Assembly (NCBI GenBank): GCA_001179505.1
Contig: CDMY01000571.1
Span: 124,001-188,000, forward strand
Source: Vitrella brassicaformis CCMP3155
Lineage: Eukaryota; Protista; Chromerida
Reading direction: 5' to 3'
Length of the DNA: 64,000 nucleotides
A program made the translations under genes and the position numbers. The notes below the pieces were generated by a model. It saw only the letters and a list, made by a program, of their open reading frames with translations. It was not told where the DNA came from and did no database searches. Position 1 is the first letter of the stretch, and each line of letters opens with the position of its first letter. Shown in pieces: positions 50,819 to 61,286 of this stretch.

Positions 50819-51559
50819 CTCTGTCAAGGCCGCGGCGGCCCATGTGAGGGAATGTCAGCCGAGGCGATGGGACAGGCATACGCAGACTGGACGGGACGAT
50901 CAAATTTATCCTATACATATATATATGCTGTGGATTGAGGGTGTGTGTATGCTTGTTTGTTGCGTTGTGTTTTCTGATGGTTTTCATCGAAACTCAAGAC
51001 GAAACTCAAGACGAATACACGTGTAATCGACACGTGTCTGCAGGTGAGAGAGGCGTGCGTGGGACGAGTGCATGTGGGCACGCACCCTTTTCTGTGGCTC
51101 TGCCCTTACATGGCCGGCTGGGCCATACCGTCGGTGCGGTACGTCTTTTGGTTTTATCTTGGTACTGTTTCGGTGTAAGGCCCATTTTGACAGTGCATGT
51201 GTTCTGCGTGGGTGAGCCATTTTGCTGGTGTGTTTTGTATAGCCATAGGAAGACTTGCATTGAATAAATTTGTACAAGCGATATGATTGGTCTGTTCGCA
51301 TTCATATGGGAAACCCGCGTAGACAATCTCAGACAGCCTCCTCTCATGTGCTGTTCACTTCCCGCCCATCTTTGCTAAATGCATGTGTCCGATGCACACG
51401 CATGCCAGCCGTCACTCAGCCGGCGAAGAGACACTGCCGCACACACGCAGAAGACTCGCTAGGGACTCTATCAGGTAAATCGTGATGCAAAGAGCACCAG
51501 ACCGTTCTGACAAAATGCCTGCGGGGCTTAAACACCCCTGCAGGCACACACACACACAT

Positions 51560-51593
<34 letters not shown>

Positions 51594-51885
51594 GGACAAC
51601 GAAGATGCATTACAAAGACGCACGTGCACAGATTGGTTGGCGAAACCCTTCCTACAGATGAGGGTACTGTTGGTCATGCATTGAGTGGCCAAGACAGAAA
51701 GAATGACAGACAGACAGACAGACATACATGAACCGTAGGTGGACAGGCACAACGCCACGCATGCATGCATATCCCTCCCTGCACGCACTCTTGTCCTGCC
51801 ATCTGGGATCGGCCTTCCCTCCAGGATTTCGGAGGCAATCATGGCATTACAGTAGTCAAGAAGGAAGGAACGACCGGCGATGCCG

Positions 51886-52954
51886 TCACTCATCACCACC
51901 GCCGCCACCTCCGTCACTTCCAGAATCCCCACTGTTCCCACCATCGGAGCCGCTGTCAGTTCCACCGCCACCGACACCACCTGCTCCGTTATCTCTGTCA
52001 TTACCGAGACCACCCCCTCTGTCATTGTTGTCTTCCAAGCCGGTAACACCTCCATTGTTGCCTCTGTCGCCAATACCGTTCACGCCGCCACCACCCCGCC
52101 CGTCATCGCTCCCGTTGTCAGTACCGGGAAAATCGTCGCTGAGACCACAGAAGTCAGATCAACATTCACACGATGCGTGGGTCGTCAGCAGGAGGTGTAT
52201 GCTTACTCATCAGGGCGCAACTCTGGAGCAGGAGGGGCCGCATGTGGAGGTGAGGGATCGGGCCTGATCAAGGGAGGTCAGATCAACATTCTCACTATGG
52301 CTGGGTCATGAGCACGAAGCATCGCTTGCGGATCGGGCTCAGATCGTGGCGCCAAGCTTTCCTCGCCCCCTTGGCCTATCCCTTGCTCGGGTGTCTGCGG
52401 GATGACGCTCTCTCCTGCTGCCGACCCTCCTGTGTTCCCGCCTGTGGTCCCAGGACTGCCGGAACTGCTGCTTGCGCTGCCGGTGGTTCTGCTGCTAGTC
52501 CCTGAAAGAAACACACGATCATTAGACCGCACATGCATGCTATCTTTCTCTTGTCATTTTGCTCACCCGAGTCCCATCGACTGTAACCCAAGCCCGTCGA
52601 GTAGGCTGGAGTCGAGGCTGAGCTTGAACTGTCGGTGCCGTTGAATATGCCGGTCAACCGATCCATTTCCTCATCCGTCAGCACGGACTGCAGCTTTCGC
52701 CGCTGATCCCCGTCTCGTTGATTCACCACGGCACCTCGGCCGCCATCGGTCAATCGCTCCTCCTGCACTGCGCGGAGACGACGGCGCTGAGTGCAGAGAC
52801 AGAACAGAGCAGACGCAGAGGTGCGTGACTGACTGTCTTGGCGCCTGTCTTGAGTGCGACGTACCTGTCCGACGTGGCAGGAGGTGGCGGAGAGCACCGT
52901 GGCTGTTGTGCAGCACGCCGTCAAAAGGACCGCAGCGAGCCGCGCTGATGCCAT
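51886..52954 (-). CDS. Secreted low-complexity acidic (G/D/N/S-rich) protein, paralogue 1
   Basis: MASARLAAVLLTACCTTATVLSA signal | RRRLRAVQEER...QSVLTDEEMDRLTGIFNG | S/G-rich exons | ...GGGGGDE*. GT-AG junctions checked for exons 1-2. Confidence 0.7.
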
Positions 52955-53311
52955 CAGCTTGATTTGGGGCTTGCTCTGCGACACACGCAAAGATCTGGTT
53001 GCGTGCTTTGCGCTTTGTCGTGCCGGGGAGGGGGGAAGACAGGCACACGCCGGCAGACGACCTGCTCTCCTCTCCTCTCTTCTCAAACCGATTGTCCCGT
53101 CTGCGAGCACTTTCACGGAATGTCATGTTTGTACCCTAAAGCCTTGATGGTAGGGTCTTTCCCGAAACCGCTGATGGGAGAGGGGCGCGAGAGAAGAGAG
53201 AGCTTCTCCCGGCCTGTCTCCTCCCCTCCCCCGCTGTGGCAAAGCACAGAGTACACACTGTCAACCAGATCTTTGACTGTGTCCCACACTTGCCGCGTCC
53301 CAAGTCAAGCC

Positions 53312-54022
53312 ATGATGACATCAGCGGTCTTTCTGTGCAGCCTGGCGGCCACGATGCTCTCCGCCACCCCCTGCCAGGGCACCGGAAGTTCTGACGTCGG
53401 CCAGGTCAGTCAACCGTACTCAAGGCAGACAGTCACTCACGCATCGTCTGCGTGATTCTGTGTTCTGTCGGTCTGTATTGCACCAGCTTCGTCGTCTTCG
53501 TGCAGTGCAGGAGGACCGAAATGAGGTGATGGATCAGCGGAGAGAACTGCAGCCGCAGCAGCCGCAGTCCGTGCTGTCGGCGGAGGAAATCGAGGCTCTG
53601 ACGAACATGTTCGGAGGCAACACGGATTCCAACAACGCCGCTTCGGACTCAATCTCACCTCCAGCGCAATCTCAGAGCTACTCCGGGCTCAATAGATGGA
53701 GCTCTCTTGGCAGTGACAGCAGCAGCTCCGGCAGCGGGGCGCTGCGACGACCAGACTCGTAAGCATGCATGCAGGAACTCCTGATTTCGCTGCAATGTGT
53801 GATGCATGCAGGGCCGATAGTTCTCTCAATCCCAACGGACCCGGTCGAGATACTGGGGATTCCTTGGACCCTGACGGACCTCGGGGAGATACTGGGGATG
53901 ATGACAACGACCGGCGCAACGATCGGGACAACGACCGGGACGATCGGCGCGACAACCGGCGCGACGAGGCTGATGACTCCTTCAACAACGACGGACCTGG
54001 GGAAGATACTGGTGATGAATGA
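53312..54022 (+). CDS. Secreted low-complexity acidic (D/R/N-rich) protein, paralogue 2
   Basis: MMTSAVFLCSLAATMLSA signal | LRRLRAVQEDR...QSVLSAEEIEALTNMFGG | ...DRRNDRDNDRDD...DTGDE*. Confidence 0.7.
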
Positions 54023-55293
54023 AGCCCATCGGCGTTCCTCGTGTTGTGCGATGCCACACATGAATGGTTGCCTCCGAAACCCTGGAGGGAAGGCCAATCC
54101 CAGATGGCAGGAGAGAGTGCGCGGGATGTCCACCTACGGCTCAACCTGTCTGTCTGTGTGGGGCTGTCTGTCTGTGTTGGCTGCTCTGTGGACAAATTGC
54201 TTGGTTAGTTAGTTAGTTGGTCAATTAGTTAGTCAGTTAGTACGGTCAATTAGTTAGTCAGTTAGTACGGTCATGTCTGTAGGTACGGATTTGCCAAAGA
54301 GAGTCGCTTGCTGATGCGCGTTTGTTTGTGAAGTGGCTTGGTGTGGTGGGCGAGTAATGCTATGCTGCTGCCAACGCTCTCTCTCTCTCTCTCTCTCGCT
54401 CTCTCTATGTGGTGGGGAGCGGGGGGAGGGACATCGTGTGTGCACGTGGATGCCGGAATGTGGGCCACTTTTACTTCAAAGGATAAAATGCTACTGCTGT
54501 GTGCCCTGCCATTTTATCAGTGTGCACATATCCTTTTCGGCTGCTGCTGCTGCTCTCTGATTGCGATGTGTGTGGTGGCACATGGTACAGCCACAATCAG
54601 GTGGCTTATACATACATGTTGGTTGGCTGCATGTGTGCGGTGCGGTTGTGATTTTTTCCAGCTGCAGCAGAGCGGTGGCATGCGTGTGTATATCTGACGC
54701 ACGGGGTGGGGGTCGGATGTGGCTCATGCGAACATATGGATGGATGTGGCTCGTTTGTTTGACTGAATGTCCTCATTCAGAAGCGTCAGTGATGTGATCC
54801 GTTCACACGTTCACACACTCCCTGAACGAGACTGAGCATGTCAAGCGACTGCGTTCGTTCTGCTGACAGCGGCATAAATTTCCTACATGGAATGGACCCA
54901 TCATGCATGTACACGTAAGATGTGGACCTATGCTCTGTCTGCCACTCGCGCATTATCGATCAAAATGGGCCACAAAAGGACGCTTAGATGAATAAAAACC
55001 ATGATAAAACCACCAACTACCAACGGCCATGTAAAGAGCAGAGCCAAAGAAAGGGTGCGTGCCCACATGCACTCGTCCCACGCACTCCTCTCACCTGCAG
55101 ACACGTGTCGATTACACGTGTACGTCTGAGTTTCGATAAAAACCGTCAGAAAACACAACGCAACACACCATACACACGCGCCCTCAATCCACAGCATAGG
55201 CATAACAATGAATTTGATCGTCCCGTCCCCGTACGCCTGTCCCATCGCCTCGGCTGACATTCCCTCACATGGGCCGCCGCGGCCTTGACAGAG

Positions 55294-56519
55294 CTACTTG
55301 TCGTCATCCTCGTTGGCTGCGGTGCCGTCCATCGCCGCCACGGCATCGTAAACTGCCTCGGCTGACATCGACAGGGCCGCGCTGTCCTTGTGATCGCTGC
55401 TGAGCCGATGCCAATCGACCCACACGAGCTGAGAGGGGGGCGTGAGGGCCTCCTGGTAATCGCTCTGCTGCGACCGGGTTGAGCTGGCGGGGGACGACAT
55501 GCCGCTCATCGGCACGTCCTCTGTGGCGGCTGGCGTATCCATCACCATTGGCACGAGGCTCGCAAGGACCTCCGGGATGGCCCCCTGCATTCAACGCAAC
55601 AGAGGTGGGCACATGATCTGCTCATCGACAGAAAAAAGATGGACATCGGTAGCTCTCGTCCGCTGACCGGCGGGCTGCCCGCTTTGATGAGTGATTGTTT
55701 GGCCTTCTTGAATGCCTCGTAGAGGGCCTTCCAGCCGCCAGCGTGATGCTGCTGCGACACCTCAGTGTCGGCCTTCTCCAGGTCAGTGCCGTCGGCCTTT
55801 TGCAGTGCCGCCTGGTGCAGCTGTTCTCTCGTGACGAGCTCGTCCACCACATAGGCGAGATTGGCCTGGAGGTCATGCAGAGCTATGCCCGGCGACACCA
55901 CTGAATACTGACAACTGACAGAGAACGAACCACAGGAAGAGAGAGAGAGAGAGCACCGAAGGGTCAGATTGGCCGCTCCACACAATGGCCGCCATTTACC
56001 TGTCTGTCGGCTGTACGTCACTGTCCGCCGTCCACTCAGCAACACTACCGTCACGAGACGCCTTGCTGTCCTTCAGCCGACTCGACACTGCAATCATCAC
56101 ACGACAGCACACGGCGAATCGGTGTGGTGTGTAGTCATGTGTCAAGCAGCAAGATGACCGGCATGTCTCAGAGAGCGTTGGTTTGCGAATGCGTGGGAGA
56201 GGTCGCTCGTCCCCATGTGCCGCAAACCCTGCCAACACACACACGTGTCTGCCCATCACAGCCGCCACAGGAGTGCCTCACCGTGGCGCTGGTCTCGTCG
56301 GGTCTCGGCAGGTGGACGACCACCTGCCCTCGTCGTCGGCTGCGCATCTCCACTGTCTTCTGACGCAAACTCTGCACCAGGAAGGCGTGGCTCCACAGAA
56401 ACTCATGGCTGAACGACGACACACAAAAGAGGCGCACAGGCGAGCTGTGCTAGGGAGTCGTGGGCTTACAAGTCGCTGGGCACGTGTGTGAGTTTGAGGG
56501 TCTCGATGACGTCCTGCAT
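55294..56519 (-). CDS. Hypothetical multi-exon protein, inverted copy B2 (5' end in gap)
   Basis: Reverse complement of 49618-50818 with scattered substitutions; the ORFs are nearly identical. Confidence 0.6.
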
Positions 56520-56819
56520 NNNNNNNNNNNNNNNNNNNNNNNNNNNNNNNNNNNNNNNNNNNNNNNNNNNNNNNNNNNNNNNNNNNNNNNNNNNNNNNNN
56601 NNNNNNNNNNNNNNNNNNNNNNNNNNNNNNNNNNNNNNNNNNNNNNNNNNNNNNNNNNNNNNNNNNNNNNNNNNNNNNNNNNNNNNNNNNNNNNNNNNNN
56701 NNNNNNNNNNNNNNNNNNNNNNNNNNNNNNNNNNNNNNNNNNNNNNNNNNNNNNNNNNNNNNNNNNNNNNNNNNNNNNNNNNNNNNNNNNNNNNNNNNNN
56801 NNNNNNNNNNNNNNNNNNN
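56520..56819. other. Assembly gap (~300 N)
   Basis: N run. Confidence 1.
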
Positions 56820-57054
56820 AAAGCCACCCAGCCATGTGTGTGTGTGGTCATAATGATACATCCATCCACACACTCTTCAAAAACGCCCTTGACTCTCCCG
56901 CCCTCCCTCCCTCCCCTGCCAGCCGCCCTGCCACAAGCCAGCCAGCCTTTTAGGTGCGTGGCTCGTTGCTCATGACAAAAAAACGGCGCGGCTCTCTCTC
57001 TCACTCACTTGAATGTCTCAACGTCACCCCCCCCGCCCCCCTCCCTCCCCGCCG

Positions 57055-57354
57055 CTACGCCCGGTTGTGGTAGGGGTGGTCAGTTTCGAGCTTGGACTTT
57101 TCCTCTCTGGGCGCCATGCCGAGCATTCCGGCGAGGGACTCGAGCACGTCGGTGGACTTGACGATGGCGAGCATCTTACCGCGGTTCTTCTCGAGGATGA
57201 CGCGGTGGGTCTTGGTGGTGACGAAGGCCTCGAGGATGTCGTGGGCGGAGACGGAGGACTGCAGCTTGAGGAAGGGCACGTCGGGCTGAGGGAGGGAGGG
57301 AGGGATGGCACACACGAAGGAGGCACACACACATCAGAGCGCCTGTCACTCTCC

Positions 57355-57389
<35 letters not shown>

Positions 57390-58243
57390 CGTGTGTGTGT
57401 GCCTCACTGACCCTGCAGCCCTTCTCGCGGACGAACTTGACGAAGTCGATGGCCGGCGCGTGGAGAATGTCCTTCTGGGGGAACTGGGCCGCAGCGAGAA
57501 ACAGATACTGAGCAACAGACAATAAACAACATTCAGCAACACATCCATCCATCTATGTGTCTGTGTGTGTGTCTGTGTGACGTAACAAGGCACCTTGATG
57601 TCTCTGGCTGTGATGACCTCCTTCAACTTGGTGGGGTCCATTTCCGACACGATAGGCACGGCGGCGAGGTTGTTGCCCTCCATCACAGCCATGGCCTGCA
57701 CATACACACACACACAGGGCACAGAGGGGCCGTGTGTGTTTCTATGGCTCTTTGTCTTGTCTCTCTGTGCGAGTGGTGTAGGGGTACCTTGAGGAGGCTG
57801 CCCGACTCGAGCATGGTGATGATGGGCTCTTCCAGCGCCTTGCCGAACGACAAATCCTACAGACACACACACACTTGTGTGTTGTGTGTGTGTGGGGGGG
57901 GGGGCGGGAACGTACCCGCCCTATCTCCTTGACGACATTGAACTTTTGCACCAGCGTCAGGATGTCCGAAGGGCTGATCACACGCACAAGACGGTCGCCG
58001 TCGAAAATCGGCCTGATACACACATGGACACACAGATAGACAAACAGACAGACAGACAGACAGACATGGACACACAGCTGTGTGTGTGGGGCCAGCTGTG
58101 GGGTGTTTGGCTTTGGCTGCTTACACTCGTGTGCAGGGTTTGAAGGCGGCGATGATCTGCCCGACGGTGTCTGTGATCTGGTGGCGGATGAAGGGGCTGT
58201 GCTTTGATATGTCTGCAGCGTCCACACACACACACACACACAG

Positions 58244-58280
<37 letters not shown>

Positions 58281-59781
58281 AAGGCAAATACAGAGGCCAC
58301 ATTGCACCGAGTGGAGCTCTCTCTCCCTCTCTCTCTAAGGGCAGGGGTGGTGGGAAACGTACTTGCGACGGCGTCGATTTTGGTTTTGCCGGCCATGGTG
58401 AGGACCTCTCTGAAGTTCTTGTTCTTCCAATCCTTGTTCATCCGCATCAGCAGATAGCTCACGTCCTGCACAAATCATGACACACACACACACACACACA
58501 CGTATCCACCTCCCCCCCCTCTCTCTCTCTCTGTCTCTGTCTCTGTCTGTCTGCGCGCGCGTGTGTGTGGCCGGCCCGTTGATCTGACTTACCGTGACGT
58601 CCATGAAGGAGTATGTGGGCCGGCTCTTCCGCAGACCGCACCACTTGCGCCGGGGATGGTAGACAACCGCTGTGCGCAGCCTGCAAGAAAGAAAGAAAAA
58701 CATCCACGTCCACCAGCCAGCTACACAGACGCTGTGAGTGTGTGTGTGTGAGTCCGTGTGCGGCTGCGTAAGCCACTGACCGTCTGTTGTGCAGCATCTC
58801 GCAGAACTCGAGCACGGTGACGGTGTCGGGCAGTGAGAGCAGCTCCTGCTTACCCAAACATGACAACACCTGCGCCCACCAAAAGAGACACACACACACA
58901 CACACAACACCATGTTGACCGAGCCGCCGCCCCCCTCCCCTCCCTCCCACTCACCTGTCCAATCGGCGTGCCGAGCAGTGTGGTGAGCCTGGCCACGCCC
59001 GACTGGCCGCTCACGTCCCTCTCCACCCCCTCTCCCTCCCCCACACCGTCTGTGCGAACCGCAAACCCACTGGTGGCTGCGCCATTGTCGGCGTCACCAC
59101 CAGCGGCGGCATCCGCGGCACACGCCTCGAGGGCGTCGTCGATATCCATGCCCATGCCCTCCTGCTGCTGCTGCTGCGGGGGGTGGTCGCTGTTGTTGAC
59201 AGGCGAGCCGTCCTGGCTGCTGCCGAGTCCTGCGGGGGCGAACTCCACAACTTTGAGGTCGTCCGACGACCATAGACCGCTCTGTGTGCCGATGCCTGTC
59301 ATGGTGGACTGAGTGAATCCTGCAGTCCAGATGGCGGCCTTGTGCTGCTGGTGGTGGTGTTTGCCGGCGTCGTGGCCGCCGCCCTTGAGGTGTGTGAGTG
59401 AGGTGGACGAGGTGGGCGAGCTGCTGGCTGGAGAGGGGGGGAGGTCGGGAGAGGCGCTCATCCAGCCCTCATGGTCCTCATGCACCTGACACAGCACACA
59501 GAAAGACAGACACAGACACACTCAGCAGCAAGCCACAGAGAAGACACACACAGAATTTGTCTACTCACCTGTGGCAGCCTCTGTGTCTTCCCCTCTCCTC
59601 CTCCCTGTTGACCATCATGATGTGGGTATTCCTTCGAGTCGCTTCTCAGCGCGTGAAAGGCCTCAGCGAGCGTCGCGGGACAGACGCGGCCTCTCTCCCT
59701 CTCACCGGTGCTGCTCTCCTTGCCGGCCTTGCTCAAGTTGCCAGTGACATTCCGCCCCTGGTGCACCACGGCGGCGCTCAT
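57055..59781 (-). CDS. CBS-domain protein (AMPK-gamma/SDS23-like), multi-exon; start uncertain
   Basis: CBS-like exons LSLPDTVTVLEFCEML...SFMDVT, RPIFDGDRLVRVISPSDIL, MEGNNLAAVPIVSE...VITARDIK, THRVILEKNRGKMLAIVKSTDVL. Confidence 0.75.
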
Positions 59782-60159
59782 CCTCAACGAAACGTCTGGT
59801 GTCTGTCGCAAGTAAAATTCGCAACAAGAAGCTCTCAATCACCTGTGCGGACGTGAGGAATGCTTGATGAGAGCAGTTTTTGGTAGGGAAATTTGCGAGC
59901 TTAGCTCGCGGAGCCGTGCAGAGTGATGAGGGAGAAAGGTGCAGAGAAAGCAGCGCAGAGCCTCACGCGAAGCGCGTTGTTGAATGAAGAAACGAAAAGA
60001 AACAATCAGACATCTCTGTGATCTCTGGTGGTGCGTCAAGTGCAGAGCCACTGCAGACAGAGAGAGAACTCTGTGCACACACTCACACCGTCTGCGCGCC
60101 TGTGTCAGTCTGTTTGTTTGTTTGTTTGTTTGTTTGTTTGTTTGTGTGTGTGTGAATGA

Positions 60160-60883
60160 ATGCAGCGCAGCAGCACGTTGGCAACGATGGCGTGTGGCTT
60201 AGGCGGCATAGTTGACAGGGAGATCTGCAGGGCATACCGACAGGTGTGCCGGACGGCCGTCAGGGTGTTCGGGGCGGACCTTGAGCCTCAGCTGATGCTG
60301 AGGGCTGACGTCAAGAACCTGCTCAGGCGGAACGAACTGGGCTTCACTAAGGAGAAACTGCTCTCGGAGGTGAAATGAGATGGGCGACTGCCTGGCTCGT
60401 CCGTGGCCATGTGTGTGTGTGTGTGGGCGGTGTGTGGTGTGTTGGGTGCAGCTGAACAATGCGTGTGTCTATCTGAAGGAGAATGTCGTCCAGGTGCGTG
60501 AAAGACAGACAGACAGACGGCTGACTCAGCAACTGTTGCTCCGCGTGTGTGTGTGTGTGTGTGTACGGTCGATGCCACCGATGAAGGTGAAGTACGAGGA
60601 ATCCCGCGACACCTACCGTGAGCAAAGCAAAGCAACCACACAAACAAACAAACAAACGAACCATCCACTCACTCCCCCTCTCCGTCGGTCCATGTATGGG
60701 TCAGAGATCCAACTACGAGAGGATCTGCAGGGCAAAGTGATCGATTTGCGGACCAAAGAGGACTTCCTTGCCGAGATGGAGAGACTGGACGAGAGGGAGA
60801 GGAGGAGGGCTGCGAAGAAAGAGAGAGCAGACAAAGAGGGCGGCGCGTCTCCATCGGGAGAGGGGCAGACGACCGGGAAATGA
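60160..60883 (+). CDS. LYR-motif protein, LYRM7/MZM1-like (complex III Rieske-protein chaperone)
   Basis: RAYRQVCRTAVRVFGAD...RADVK...ELNNACVYLKENVVQ resembles MZM1 AYR..LRA...F..D and L...A.FL..NLVQ as recalled. Confidence 0.6.
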
Positions 60884-61286
60884 CGTATGTGGTTGATGAA
60901 TGGCGTGCTGGTGGTGTGGTGCGGTGTGGTGTGGTGGAGGGCGGCGGTTTGATATGGCATTGCAGACGAGTCCTTATGTGCGTGTGTGATGGATCTTGTA
61001 CAGAGAGCATATATGTGCTGGTTGGTCTTGTCTGTCTTTTTTCTGTAAGTGAGATAGAGTGGCTGGCTGTCTGTCGTGACATCCGCTCCCATCAAACCGA
61101 TCGCTAATAGAGTCCCTGTCAAACCGATCGCACGCTTGCTGGGATCCTCACTCGCAACGTGTGGCGAAGAGGGCGTGAGAGGTTCTTCCAAGGTAGGCCC
61201 CACCAGGCTCTGTGCCGTGCCATACGCCTCCCCTGACTCTGACTCTCTTCTGTTTGATGGCTGGCAGTGAGTGACACGGGACCGTC

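Larger units (their letters stand above)
49618..56519. repeat. ~7-kb inverted duplication: outer arms 49618-~51190 and ~54955-56519 highly similar; inner arms ~51600-52954 and 53312-~54330 diverged
   Basis: Reverse-complement matches are visible in both coding and flanking DNA (e.g. 51790-51845 vs 54065-54120). Confidence 0.9.

Noticed and set aside
54205-54272. TTAG-rich tandem repeats as telomeric sequence (also a 21-bp duplication at ~33289-33330 and a 12-bp duplication at ~50990)
   Set aside because: No GGG runs; ordinary slippage duplications.
49618-56519. Giant DNA transposon with long TIRs
   Set aside because: No transposase or integrase ORF. The arms are spliced host-like genes, and the flanking direct repeat is far too long for a TSD.
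31697-57004. ORFs containing long X runs
   Set aside because: Artefacts of translating across N gaps.
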